Positions 30,230-41,256 of a stretch of 64,000 nucleotides of DNA are shown piece after piece. The position numbers were made by a program, and so were the translations under genes. The notes below the pieces were generated by a model that saw only the letters and a list, made by a program, of their open reading frames with translations, ran no database searches and was not told the origin of the DNA. Numbering within the stretch: position 1 is the first letter of the stretch; every line of letters starts with the position of its first letter. This stretch comes from Meyerozyma guilliermondii (Eukaryota): positions 310,001 to 374,000 of the forward strand of contig CP128821.1 of the NCBI GenBank assembly GCA_051546255.1, written 5' to 3'.

Positions 30230-33200
30230 ATGTCCACCCTTTTGCTTCGTTTGAGCAACGAGGGAACACCGGTGGCGGGAAATGTCTCCAATGGAGTGCT
30301 CCTTCTTCCCTCAATTGCACTCAAACCGAACCGCAAAGAAGGTGACAAATTGTTCAATTTAAAGTTCCATTTAGATGCTGCTTCCAAGGTTACCAGAGAC
30401 GGGATTTTGTATGTGAACACTCCCAAGGACCTGGAAGCGGCTAGTTTTGACAGGAAAAAGTTCCAGGAGTTTCCCATCCATTCTTCGTTTCATGAGGACG
30501 TTAGCATCGATGTTCCAATTTATAATGCTGGAACTTACTGCTTTTATATCACGTATAAAGACGGCAAAAACGAACAGCAGAAGACAGAGGATTACTACTT
30601 TAATGTTCCTCCGTATTTGACCATCAATGGTGAATGGGTTCCATTTAATTCCATCAACATGCAATCGGTGGTTTCCAAGTGGGTTGGTCCTCTCAGTGAC
30701 TGGGACTCATTTTTTGCTGAAGTTAGCAAAAAGGGATATAATATGATTCACTTTACACCATTACAAGAGCGTGGAGTATCTGACTCACCATATTCCATTT
30801 ATGACCAGTTGAGATTCGACCCCAATCTTTTCAGTTCCAACGAAAAAGCTATTGACTTCATTTCTTCCACTTTAAAGAAAAACAACTTGTTGGCATTGAC
30901 CGACGTGGTGTGGAACCACACTGCCGACAACTCGGAATGGCTCCGTGAGTCTCCCGATGCCGGCTACAATGCCGAAACCGCACCCCACTTGACCGTAGCC
31001 ATTGAGCTCGACAAACGGTTGCTCGACTTTTCTGACGAACTCTCGTCTTTTAATTTGCCAACAGACATCAAATCCCAAGAGGATTTAAATGCTATCATTA
31101 GAGGCATCCAGACCCATGTCATCGACAAGATGGACTTATGGCAATACTATGTCTTTGACAGAAAGTCAATTGTCGCCAGCATCGAAAAATTAGCCACCGA
31201 CAACTCGGCCCGAGTGTCACCCGTAGAGCTTCCTTCAGACGTCGATGTCAACAACTTGAAGTCACTTGCTTCCTTCGTATTGGCGTCTGCTAATGTAAAT
31301 AGCTCAGTCATTTTGGGTGAAAGATTCGCCAACAAGTTGGATATTAAAAAGTTCTTCGCCATCATCTTATCTGTGTTAAAGTCTCAGGGTACCCAACCAG
31401 AGGCTATAGTCGAAAAGGCTGGCTCCATCGTTGACGAAATCAATGCTGATCTTTACAATACATTCAATGACGATGTCAATTCTATTAAGAACCAATTATC
31501 AGACAGAATTCGCTTTTTGAGATTGGACGACAATGGACCCAAGATGGGTCCAGTTACGAAAGAAAGGCCTTTGATAGAAGCGTACTTTACCCGTTTCAAA
31601 GATTCAAACGGCAAAGAATGGGCTCTCGCTAATAATGGCTGGATTTGGGGTGGTAATCCTTTGGTGGATTTTGCATCTTCCCAGTCCAAAGCATACTTGA
31701 GAAGAGAAGTTATAGTATGGAGTGACTGTGTCAAGTTGAGATATGGAGCTGGACCTGAAGATTCACCCGCATTGTGGAAGAGAATGATCGAATACACCAA
31801 GTTGTGTGCCTCGACATTTTGCGGATTTCGTCTCGATAATTGTCACTCGACTCCATTGCACGTAGGAGAAGCTTTGTTAGACGCTGCCAGAAGTGTCAAC
31901 CCCAACTTGTACGTTGTGGCAGAATTGTTCAGTGGTTCCGAAGAAATGGATAAAGTATTTGTCGAAAGATTGGGTATCAATAGTCTTATTCGTGAAGCCA
32001 TGCAAGCATGGAATGTTGGAGAACTTTCAAGACTTGTTCACAAACATGGAGGAAGACCTATTGGGTCTTTCACATGGTTACCTTTGGACGATTTTGCCTA
32101 TCCGGCAGGTTCAGAACCCGACAGCAATAAGTTTACGGATTCATATTCCGAGCTTGAAATCCCCAAGGTTCTTACGTACCAGGCACCACATGCTTTATTT
32201 ATGGATTGCACCCATGATAATGAATCACCAGCGCAAAAGAGGACAGTTGAAGACACATTGCCCAATGCAGCACTAGTTGCGTTTTGTTCTTCAGCCATTG
32301 GAACCAATTTTGGCTATGATGAATGCTATCCCGAGCTTCTCAATGTAGTTTCTGAAAAGCGTCAATACTCTTATGGTGACAATGGAATTGGAAGCGTCAA
32401 AAGAAAGTTGAATGAGATCAGAAAGTCTCTTGCGAGGGAAAGTGAAGATATTGGAAGAGATCATGAAATGTACATCCACCATGAAGGTCAATACATTACT
32501 ATCCAGCGGTACAATGCAAGGACTGGAAAAGGTTGGTTTCTCATTGCAAGAAGCAAGTTTAGCGACCATGAAGAATCTCAAATTTTGTCCCCATGTATTT
32601 TGGGTGGAACCAAGGTCAAAGCTGAGTTTGCCTATACGCTCAGAAAGACTGGAGATTATCAAAAGGATGATAGAAAGTTGACTGGAATTCCTGTCAAAGT
32701 GGATGAAATTCCTCTTCCATCAGTGGAAGTGAACAATTCTGATGCAGTAATGAAAGTTGATGAGTCGTTCGTACCTGGTTCCATCGCCGTCTTTTCTACT
32801 GAGATTCCCAAAGTCGATGCAACTTTGGATAAATTTGTTAGAGATGGTGCCATTGAGGCTTCCAAGAACCTCGACTTGTATGACTTGAATGCGTTGTTAT
32901 ACAGGTGTGAACCCGAAGAAAGAGATGCCAGTGGAGGAAATGATAGTCCATATACTATTCCCGGTTACGGCAGCTTGGTATACGCTGGTCTTCAAGGCTG
33001 GATCTCTGCACTCAAGAATGTCATTTGGGAGAACAACTTGGGCCATGTAATCTGTGATCATCTTAGAGAAGGTGAATGGGCTTTGGACTACGTTGTAAAC
33101 CGGTTGGACAAGTATGCTCTGTCGTCCAAAAATCTAGGACAGTTTCAAGACTGGTTGAGGTCCCGGATGGATGCAATTAGAGTTGCACCATATTTCTTGC

Positions 33201-34783
33201 GTCCTCATTATTTTGCATTAGTGATTGGAGCAGCCTACGAGGCCTGTAGATTCAGAGCATTGAGACAATTGGGCACCAATATTCAAAATGCCACCAACTT
33301 TGTTCAAAGTATGGCGTTGACTTCGGTGCAGTTTGTGGGATACATGAACAATACGTCGTTGATGCCATTTGAAAAGATCCCATCGATGAGTGCTGGGTTG
33401 CCTCATTTCAGTAACGACTACATGAGATGCTGGGGAAGAGATATCTTCATAGCATTTAGGGGCCATCTTATTGCTACCGAGCGCTATGAAGATGCAAAAA
33501 GACATATCATTGGGTTTGCTCAAACTCTCAAGCATGGTTTGATTCCTAACCTTCTTGATGCAGGAAGAAACCCACGGTACAATGCTAGAGATGCAGCATG
33601 GTTTTTCCTCCAGTCGATTCAAGAATATGTGAAGCATGTGCCCAATGGTTCCGAAATTTTAGACGTGGAAGTGGACCGTAGATTTCCCTTGGATGACACC
33701 TATATCCCACATGATGATAAGAGAGCGTTCAGCTACAAAACTTCAATACGGGATGTCATTTTCGAGATTCTCCAGCGCCATGCTTCGGGAATCAGTTATC
33801 GTGAAGCCAACGCAGGAGTCAACCTTGACTCGCAAATGACAGATGAAGGTTTCAATGTCAAAGTTTTCGTCGACTGGAAAACAGGTCTTGTTCATGGAGG
33901 ATCTCAGTCGAATTGTGGTACTTGGATGGACAAGATGGGTGAAAGTGAAAAGGCTGGCTCAAAAGGAGTCCCTGGAACTCCCAGAGATGGAGCAGCAGTT
34001 GAGATTCAAGGTTTGCTCAAAAGTACCCTTAGGTTTGTTCTTGAGCTTCAATCGAAGGGTTTGTTCAAATATGAGCTGGTTAAGCGGGACGATGGATCTA
34101 CCATTCTGTTTGAAGAATGGGACAAATTGGTGCGAAATAATTTTGAGCGGTGTTTCTATGTTCCAGAAGACCCACAAGATGACCAAAAGTACGAGATCGA
34201 TTCCTCTTTGGTGAACAGAAGAGGTATTTACAAGGACTTGTTCCGCACAGGTAAACCATATGAAGACTACCAGTTGCGGGCCAACTTTCCTATAGCTATG
34301 ATGGTGGCTCCCGAATTATTCACCCCAGAAAAAGCATTGACTGCGATTAATGTGGCCGACAAGATCATCAGAGGACCTGTTGGTATGAGAACTTTGGATC
34401 CTTCAGACTGGAACTATAGGCCCTACTACAATAATGGTGAAGATAGTACTGATTTTGCAACCTCCAAGGGCCGCAATTATCACCAAGGACCAGAATGGGT
34501 GTGGTGTTTTGGATACTTTATCCGTGCCTATTTATATTTCCACTATGCCGTGGCTAAAGGCGCTAAAGTGGATGGAGACCCTTCAATTCAAATTTTGACT
34601 GATATTAACGAAAGACTTCAAGGCCATCAGAAATGGATCAGAGAAAGCCCATGGGCTGGATTGACAGAATTGACCAATAAAGACGGCGCAATCTGCCACG
34701 ATTCGTCTCCAACGCAAGCATGGAGTACATCGTGCTTGATTGATTTGTACTTTGACTTGTGGAACCAAACCTACAATAGCTAG
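30230..34783 (+). CDS. GDB1: Glycogen debranching enzyme
   Basis: GYNMIHFTPLQ, GFRLDNCHSTP, AELFSGS, MDCTHDN, MRCWGRDIFI, NCGTWMDKMG, QAWS. Confidence 0.97.
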   Translation: MSTLLLRLSNEGTPVAGNVSNGVLLLPSIALKPNRKEGDKLFNLKFHLDAASKVTRDGILYVNTPKDLEAASFDRKKFQEFPIHSSFHEDVSIDVPIYNAGTYCFYITYKDGKNEQQKTEDYYFNVPPYLTINGEWVPFNSINMQSVVSKWVGPLSDWDSFFAEVSKKGYNMIHFTPLQERGVSDSPYSIYDQLRFDPNLFSSNEKAIDFISSTLKKNNLLALTDVVWNHTADNSEWLRESPDAGYNAETAPHLTVAIELDKRLLDFSDELSSFNLPTDIKSQEDLNAIIRGIQTHVIDKMDLWQYYVFDRKSIVASIEKLATDNSARVSPVELPSDVDVNNLKSLASFVLASANVNSSVILGERFANKLDIKKFFAIILSVLKSQGTQPEAIVEKAGSIVDEINADLYNTFNDDVNSIKNQLSDRIRFLRLDDNGPKMGPVTKERPLIEAYFTRFKDSNGKEWALANNGWIWGGNPLVDFASSQSKAYLRREVIVWSDCVKLRYGAGPEDSPALWKRMIEYTKLCASTFCGFRLDNCHSTPLHVGEALLDAARSVNPNLYVVAELFSGSEEMDKVFVERLGINSLIREAMQAWNVGELSRLVHKHGGRPIGSFTWLPLDDFAYPAGSEPDSNKFTDSYSELEIPKVLTYQAPHALFMDCTHDNESPAQKRTVEDTLPNAALVAFCSSAIGTNFGYDECYPELLNVVSEKRQYSYGDNGIGSVKRKLNEIRKSLARESEDIGRDHEMYIHHEGQYITIQRYNARTGKGWFLIARSKFSDHEESQILSPCILGGTKVKAEFAYTLRKTGDYQKDDRKLTGIPVKVDEIPLPSVEVNNSDAVMKVDESFVPGSIAVFSTEIPKVDATLDKFVRDGAIEASKNLDLYDLNALLYRCEPEERDASGGNDSPYTIPGYGSLVYAGLQGWISALKNVIWENNLGHVICDHLREGEWALDYVVNRLDKYALSSKNLGQFQDWLRSRMDAIRVAPYFLRPHYFALVIGAAYEACRFRALRQLGTNIQNATNFVQSMALTSVQFVGYMNNTSLMPFEKIPSMSAGLPHFSNDYMRCWGRDIFIAFRGHLIATERYEDAKRHIIGFAQTLKHGLIPNLLDAGRNPRYNARDAAWFFLQSIQEYVKHVPNGSEILDVEVDRRFPLDDTYIPHDDKRAFSYKTSIRDVIFEILQRHASGISYREANAGVNLDSQMTDEGFNVKVFVDWKTGLVHGGSQSNCGTWMDKMGESEKAGSKGVPGTPRDGAAVEIQGLLKSTLRFVLELQSKGLFKYELVKRDDGSTILFEEWDKLVRNNFERCFYVPEDPQDDQKYEIDSSLVNRRGIYKDLFRTGKPYEDYQLRANFPIAMMVAPELFTPEKALTAINVADKIIRGPVGMRTLDPSDWNYRPYYNNGEDSTDFATSKGRNYHQGPEWVWCFGYFIRAYLYFHYAVAKGAKVDGDPSIQILTDINERLQGHQKWIRESPWAGLTELTNKDGAICHDSSPTQAWSTSCLIDLYFDLWNQTYNS

Positions 34784-34871
34784 ATATAGACCATACCAAA
34801 GGTAATACTGATGCTTATGTGCACACCGCCTCACTACTTATCGATTTTTTTCATCGACGAACGAGACTACA

Positions 34872-36782
34872 ATGTCGTCGATCGCCCAAGCATTCAAAAA
34901 TCTCGCATTGTCGGCCGAGGATGCGAGCGACCATGAATCTATCTACGAGGTCTCGTACGAGTATCTCTCGAAAGTGAAGAATTTCAACGATGTCAAGTCG
35001 TTCCACAACTGTGTGGTGTCGTTAATCAATATGGATAAGTACCAACAAGCATACGAACTTATCAAAAAAGTTCCCGAGGACGTCCACAGTCAGTTTTCCA
35101 TCGAGAAAGCATATGTATACTACAAGCTTGCCAAGTCAGACTTACTAGCGAAGGTATATGAGCAAAGAGACAAGTCTGACCAACTTTCAGATCGAGCTTT
35201 GAAACATGTTGTCGCCCAAGACTGCTACCGCAAAGGAGACAATGCCACCGCGTTGAAGCTCATACACGAGTTGATCAAAACAAATAGCCAAATCGACAGT
35301 GATAGTGATTTGGGATGCAATGAAAGAGCTGTTCTTTTCCAGCTGAAGTTTATGGAAAGTGGGAAAAATGCTGGTCACTTGACTACCAAGTCTGACGAGA
35401 AAAGTTACGACTGCTTGTTCAATGACTCGCTTATTTTGATAGCAAATAATCAACTTGGTGATGCACTCAAGTTATTGGATTTGGCGCAATCAGTTTGCAC
35501 TACTCAGAACCAAGACCTAGATGCCGGTGATCTTTTGCTTGAGTTGGCCCCTATAAAATTGACCATTGCATACATATATCAAGTTCAAGGGCGGATAAGC
35601 GAGGCAAAGGCATTGTTGGACGAATTCAGGAATAATGAAACAGTTGACCATATGACCAAGCTTGTTACCACCAACAACTATTATGCCCTCGAAGGAATCC
35701 CCGATTCAAAGCTGAGTATTGCCTTGAGAGATCTCGATTACCAGGCTAGAATGCATAAATTACAGCAAAAATTAACCAAACCACAACTGAATGTGCTCAT
35801 GAAGAACAAATTGTTGCTCCAATTCCACGCTCATGCCTTGTCGAAGTCGTCCAAATATTTCACCAAGGCGTTCACGAGCGAGTACCAAAAACTCTACCCT
35901 GGCGACTACACTTTCAATGTCTATAAAGTACTCAATCAACTCGATATAACCATCTCTGACGTGAACGATGGAAATGCCGAGCAATGCGCCAGAAAATTGT
36001 ACCAGCACGCAAAGACAGACCTCTCCGAACCTGAGAGAATCTCCACTACCCTTCTCTTGGTAGCCGTCAACAACATTATGGGTCGCTACGATCAATGTCT
36101 CAGTGTGCTTGAAAAAATATGGGACTCAAGAACGTCCGAAACATTAATCCCTGCTCTTGCTGGTACGTTATTTGGGTTATTGAACGAACTCAACTACCAT
36201 CAAGATGATCAACGTGATCTGTTATCGAAAACAAAGGCCAAACAAACCAGCTTCATTGTGGCTCTCATAAAATATTTCCAAGACCATGGGGTATCCAAGT
36301 GCTACAATTTTGCAAGAGAAATTGCATTTAGGTTGTACCAAAATGGCGATGAGAAGGCAGAGGATGTTTTAAGAGTTTTGCAGAAAGAAGACCCTCAGGA
36401 TAGACTTGTTGCAGCTGCTCTTGACGGCGATAATAGTAAGCTTGACAAGGTTGAAACCTTGCAAAGTTCCACCGACATAAACGAGCTTTTATCCACTTCA
36501 ATTGCATCGATGATTCCCGCGCCACCTGCGACATCGACCAAACGAACGTTCAAGCCATCTATTCTGAAGGTTCACAAGAATAAACGCAAGCCTCGGTTCT
36601 CGGCGAAGAAAGAATTTGTCGCGGCTGAAAAATTTAATGCGGCAGATTTGGATGAAGAGAGGTGGTTGCCTATGAGATTACGGTCATACTACAAGCCCAC
36701 AAAGAAAGATAGAAAGAAGGGAGGCCAGCAAGGAGCGTTGGAACAACCAAAGGATAAGAAGAAGAAAAAGTCGAAAAAGTAG
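34872..36782 (+). CDS. SRP72: Signal recognition particle subunit Srp72
   Basis: TPR-like N-terminus (EKAYVYYK), C-terminal LDEERWLPMRLRSYYKP and a basic tail. Confidence 0.9.
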   Translation: MSSIAQAFKNLALSAEDASDHESIYEVSYEYLSKVKNFNDVKSFHNCVVSLINMDKYQQAYELIKKVPEDVHSQFSIEKAYVYYKLAKSDLLAKVYEQRDKSDQLSDRALKHVVAQDCYRKGDNATALKLIHELIKTNSQIDSDSDLGCNERAVLFQLKFMESGKNAGHLTTKSDEKSYDCLFNDSLILIANNQLGDALKLLDLAQSVCTTQNQDLDAGDLLLELAPIKLTIAYIYQVQGRISEAKALLDEFRNNETVDHMTKLVTTNNYYALEGIPDSKLSIALRDLDYQARMHKLQQKLTKPQLNVLMKNKLLLQFHAHALSKSSKYFTKAFTSEYQKLYPGDYTFNVYKVLNQLDITISDVNDGNAEQCARKLYQHAKTDLSEPERISTTLLLVAVNNIMGRYDQCLSVLEKIWDSRTSETLIPALAGTLFGLLNELNYHQDDQRDLLSKTKAKQTSFIVALIKYFQDHGVSKCYNFAREIAFRLYQNGDEKAEDVLRVLQKEDPQDRLVAAALDGDNSKLDKVETLQSSTDINELLSTSIASMIPAPPATSTKRTFKPSILKVHKNKRKPRFSAKKEFVAAEKFNAADLDEERWLPMRLRSYYKPTKKDRKKGGQQGALEQPKDKKKKKSKK

Positions 36783-37070
36783 ATAACACAATTAATTTGC
36801 AGCCGCACGGCTGATGCGCATATGATGTAGAAAGACAAGATAAATTTGTATTTGGTATGAATTTCTCGAACGAGAAAACTTCAGCTTATTCCAAAGCTGT
36901 TTGTTTTCTCGTTCCTCGAGTTTCATCACCTTTTTATAGCTGCATCGATGTCTATCGTCCTAATACCCGGCCGGAAACCGGTCCCCGCACCGGGATTGGA
37001 TAACCGTGCTGACATAACCATGGAACTGGAGTATAAGTAGTTGGATCAGATCTTTATCACAACACAAAAC

Positions 37071-38738
37071 ATGAGTGTTTCTGCAGCCTTGAAAACTCGT
37101 AGCACTCTCTTTTACGGTGCTAGGGTTCCCCAAACGATTTCTAGGGCATGTCTTGTCCGGGCAGCCAGATTTTTCACCCTCAGTACCACCACTGAAAATT
37201 ACCCCACAAACCATGTTGCCGATGGTACCAAACCTTACATTACACCCTCATTTGTGAACAACGAGTTTGTTAAGTCCAGCTCCGATACGTGGTTCGATAT
37301 CCATGATCCAGCTACAAACCAAGTAGTTCTGCAGGTTCCTCAATCTACCCCTGAAGAGTTGGAGCAGGCAGTGGCTTCTGCAGAAGAAGCTTTCCATGTG
37401 TGGAAAGAGTATTCAATTATTCGTCGTCAAGGTATTGCCTTCAAGTTTGTGCAGTTGCTTCGGGAAAATATGGATAGAATTGCTGGAATAATTGTGTTGG
37501 AACAAGGTAAGACGTTTGCTGATGCCAAGGGAGATGTGTTGAGAGGTCTTCAAGTTGCAGAAGCTGCATGTAACGTTACCAACGATATGATGTCCAGCGG
37601 GCTTGAGGTGGCTACCGATATGGAGACAAAAATGATCAGAGAACCACTTGGAGTTATTGGTTCGATCTGTCCTTTCAACTTTCCAGCTATGGTTCCTCTT
37701 TGGTCTTTGCCATTGGTGTTGGTTACAGGTAATACAGCTGTTATCAAGCCGTCCGAGCGGGTTCCTGGAGCCTCTATGATCATCGCTGAACTCGCAAAGA
37801 AGGCAGGAGTTCCTTCTGGAGTGGTCAACATTGTCCATGGAAAACACGATACAGTGAACAAAATTGTTGAGGATCCAAGAATTAAAGCCATTACTTTTGT
37901 TGGAGGCGACAAGGCAGGTGCCTACATTCACAAGCGTGGAAGTGAGTTGGGAAAAAGAGTACAAGCCAATTTGGGTGCAAAAAACCATTTGGTGGTGCTT
38001 CCAGATGCCAACAAGTCTCAGTTCATCAATGCTGTCAATGGTGCTGCCTTTGGTGCTGCCGGACAGCGGTGTATGGCTATCAGTGTGCTAGTAACTGTTG
38101 GGCCAGAAACCAAGGCATGGGTAGAAGATATTGTTCATGATGGTGCGCAACTCAAGGTTGGGTCTGGATTCGACCCCAGTTCGGATTTGGGTCCGCTTGT
38201 CAACCCTACAGCCTTGACTCGTGCGATTGAGATCATCGACGACTCAGAAAAGCAGGGCGCCAAGGTGGTCTTGGACGGCAGAAATTTCAAGCCATCAGAC
38301 CCCAAATTAGCCAAGGGTAATTTCTTGGGTCCCACCGTCATCACCGGCGTGAAACCCGGCATGCGTGCCTACGACGAGGAGATCTTTGCCCCGGTGTTGT
38401 CTGTGGTGAATGTGGACACAATTGATGAAGCCATCACATTGGTGAATGCCAACAAGTATGGAAATGGAGTTTCATTATTCACTCTGTCGGGAGCTTCTGC
38501 ACAGAAATTCACCAAGAACATCGCTCCGGGCCAGGTAGGTATCAACGTTCCAATTCCAGTGCCATTGCCAATGTTTTCGTTCACCGGAAACAAAGGGTCT
38601 TTCTTGGGAGACCTCAATTTTTACGGCAAAGCAGGAATCACGTTTTTGACCAAACCAAAAACCATTACTACATTATGGAAGACCACCCCCTTCGAAGAGG
38701 GTCTCAAGCCATCTACAGTGATGCCCACGCAACAGTAA
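37071..38738 (+). CDS. Mitochondrial methylmalonate-semialdehyde dehydrogenase (ALDH6 family)
   Basis: Presequence, [54 protein letters not shown]; first ATG at 37071; CGG-rich promoter at 36966-36995. Confidence 0.93.
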   Translation: MSVSAALKTRSTLFYGARVPQTISRACLVRAARFFTLSTTTENYPTNHVADGTKPYITPSFVNNEFVKSSSDTWFDIHDPATNQVVLQVPQSTPEELEQAVASAEEAFHVWKEYSIIRRQGIAFKFVQLLRENMDRIAGIIVLEQGKTFADAKGDVLRGLQVAEAACNVTNDMMSSGLEVATDMETKMIREPLGVIGSICPFNFPAMVPLWSLPLVLVTGNTAVIKPSERVPGASMIIAELAKKAGVPSGVVNIVHGKHDTVNKIVEDPRIKAITFVGGDKAGAYIHKRGSELGKRVQANLGAKNHLVVLPDANKSQFINAVNGAAFGAAGQRCMAISVLVTVGPETKAWVEDIVHDGAQLKVGSGFDPSSDLGPLVNPTALTRAIEIIDDSEKQGAKVVLDGRNFKPSDPKLAKGNFLGPTVITGVKPGMRAYDEEIFAPVLSVVNVDTIDEAITLVNANKYGNGVSLFTLSGASAQKFTKNIAPGQVGINVPIPVPLPMFSFTGNKGSFLGDLNFYGKAGITFLTKPKTITTLWKTTPFEEGLKPSTVMPTQQ

Positions 38739-39447
38739 GTACATAGCCAACAGTCTCCGAATCTTTGAACCAGTCTTGTGCTCGCATCTAACCCCGTCGT
38801 AAGTCCATAGTGGTGTCACTTGTATGCCGGCCGTGCAGCAGCAAGAATCCGGGGACTGCGATGCGATGCAGGAACCCAAGACCCGAGACATCCTAAATTT
38901 CCCGGCATCCTGCACCGGATGCGTCAGTCCGCCCGTGGAAGCCGCGGCAGGTTGGTTTGAGCTGCTGGCAACAAAATACTTTTGGTGGCTTTTAAGTAGT
39001 TTTATATCACTTTAATCATATTTGTGGTACAGTGTGTTGTTATACTTGTTTCGTTTGCATTAAAAATTCTCGTCTCGGACTTACATCAGCGGTGTTAAGT
39101 GTCGCATCCAGCCAGTAGGCGCCGACTGAAAAATTATTACCTCACCCGTCCTGTTCCGAGCACAGACATTTTCACATATATACTGGTGGGCAGCGCAACC
39201 GAGTCGCGCCAGCGAAAAACATTGATCGTTCGATTCGCAATTTAATTTATATCATCTATTCAATTATTGTCATTTATCATTGCCATATCATTGCCATATA
39301 TCATTCATTGCCTTATTGCCATCTATTATTCTTTGGCACACTGTTATTGCATTGAATCATTATTTTCTATCCTTGTTCTTTGCATAACCGTCGCATTATC
39401 GATTTCCCCAGACTTGCTTCCATCTCGCTAAAAGCAACCAATGCCTC

Positions 39448-40335
39448 ATGTCTTGTAACATACGGACTTCCAAAAAGTGGGTGCTTCCTCCAAAACCCAG
39501 ACCAGGCCGCAAACCTACAGATAAACAAGACGAAAAACCTATGATCAACCATTCGATGTCAGCGCAAGAATTGACGTCAAACATTGCTATCATTACTTCC
39601 GAAAACCAACAGCTTAAAACTCATCTATTGTCGCTCATCTACGACTACAAAAACTTAAAACATCTTGTTCTCGACCGTTCACCTTCGTCGTCACCGGTGC
39701 CTCTGCATCTCGTTTCCTCCACCGAAAGACGCAAGCGGTCGTTCACAGAACTCAACCATTCGGATCCCATGAACAAATTGATCTCGGATATGAACGATTT
39801 GAGTCATAACACCCCATCGCTTTCGCCGGCTGAACCTGACACCCCTATAGAACCAGTAGACAATATGGAATATTCAGACACTGAAATTGACCAAGAAGTG
39901 TTCAGTTTCATCAACCTTGACATTCTCGACCAAAGAAAGACATTTCCCATTGACGAAGAGTCAGAGCCCGATTCTGAAGTGGAAGACGATGAAAATGAAT
40001 CCCCCTCACTTTCCAGAACCACATCTCCATCTACATTTTCTGAGAATGAGGAAAATTCACTCATGACTACTCTCACCCGGTCCACTACCGTTTCCACCAA
40101 TAACTCCTTTTTCCAAGACAGAAAAGTCAAACCCGGCAATTCTGCCGTCAAATTTTACGATCTCCCCAGTTTCACCCCATCGGACTATAATTTCACGTTT
40201 GAGAACATCGACCAGTCGGCCAACTTGATGTCGATCATACAAGAAGATAAATACAATATGGTTACAGATTTCCTAGAAGAGAAACTTATAGACAACGATC
40301 TTAACTATTACGTGCAAAACGAAAGATTGGGATGA
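39448..40335 (+). CDS. Hap4-like CCAAT-complex-binding protein (Hap4L motif, coiled coil, acidic region)
   Basis: N-terminal IRTSKKWVLPPKPRPGRK Hap4L motif; heptad ENQQLKTHLLSLIYDYKNLK; no Cys-rich HapX domains. Confidence 0.75.
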   Translation: MSCNIRTSKKWVLPPKPRPGRKPTDKQDEKPMINHSMSAQELTSNIAIITSENQQLKTHLLSLIYDYKNLKHLVLDRSPSSSPVPLHLVSSTERRKRSFTELNHSDPMNKLISDMNDLSHNTPSLSPAEPDTPIEPVDNMEYSDTEIDQEVFSFINLDILDQRKTFPIDEESEPDSEVEDDENESPSLSRTTSPSTFSENEENSLMTTLTRSTTVSTNNSFFQDRKVKPGNSAVKFYDLPSFTPSDYNFTFENIDQSANLMSIIQEDKYNMVTDFLEEKLIDNDLNYYVQNERLG

Positions 40336-40671
40336 CTACGATTAATGCTATTTATTCGATGAAATAAAAAAAAATGTCATTCTGAAACGTAGAAATGCGA
40401 CCTCGCTAAATTCTAAGCCTACCTCCCGAGCCGAGCGGGCACCACTCGCCGCACTGGGACCATGTGATGCCTACCACTCCTATTTCTATAAATAAGGTAT
40501 AAACAAACATTGCTCTGCACTAAATTAGTGCACCTTATCTTGTTTGCACCCATCTTGATGCAATCTAGACTCCCCCTTTGCTTTGTTTACTAACACTATA
40601 AATACCTTCCTGCGACAACCTCTAACCTTAAATAGGCCTAGATTGACATTTGCCCTTATCAATTATTTGAA

Positions 40672-41109
40672 ATGAAATTTACTACTGTTATATCTTTGCT
40701 TGCTACTTTGGCTTCTGCTATTGCTACCGCGACTCCAGTGGCTACCTACAATAGTTTCCAAGAATTGTCTGATGCGATCTTTGACTTTCCTCGGGGTTTG
40801 GCGTACTTTAGCAAAGATACCAATCAATGGCTTTTGTTTAACGAAGACCACGATGTAGATGAAGCTGCTTTTGAAAAGTACGCTTTGGTGGATACAGACG
40901 CTGCCATTTCTGCTGCGGAAAGTCAAGGATTTTCATGTGGAGAGATTTCGCAATCGTATACTTTCAGTGAGCCTCAAAGTACCGTGGCCGAGGTTCTTGT
41001 GAAGAGAGTTTCTTGCAAAATCAGCCCATGTAGCAATTCACAGACTTGCTGGCGAAATGGCTGCAAACAATGTATGGGAGGAAATGGTCGGTGTTTTGGA
41101 AACATTTAG
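40672..41109 (+). CDS. Secreted prepro-peptide with a Kex2 site and a C-terminal 6-Cys cationic peptide
   Basis: MKFTTVISLLATLASAIA signal peptide, acidic pro-region, LVKR|VSCKISPCSNSQTCWRNGCKQCMGGNGRCFGNI; TATAAA at about 40597. Confidence 0.8.
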   Translation: MKFTTVISLLATLASAIATATPVATYNSFQELSDAIFDFPRGLAYFSKDTNQWLLFNEDHDVDEAAFEKYALVDTDAAISAAESQGFSCGEISQSYTFSEPQSTVAEVLVKRVSCKISPCSNSQTCWRNGCKQCMGGNGRCFGNI

Positions 41110-41210
41110 CGAGGTGAGAACCAAAATTAGGATTCAATGCGCGAAAGTGCGATAAGATTTATGAATTTGTAACGAGACTGATTTGAAGTATATGTTTTTG
41201 ACTGTGTAGA

Positions 41211-41256
41211 ATGGACATGGGACATGGGGACATGGTAACATGGTAACATGGTAACA
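41211..41256 (+). repeat. Short degenerate tandem repeat (ACATGG core, 7-8 bp period, about 5 copies)
   Basis: ACATGG at 41215, 41222, 41230, 41238, 41246. Confidence 0.7.
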
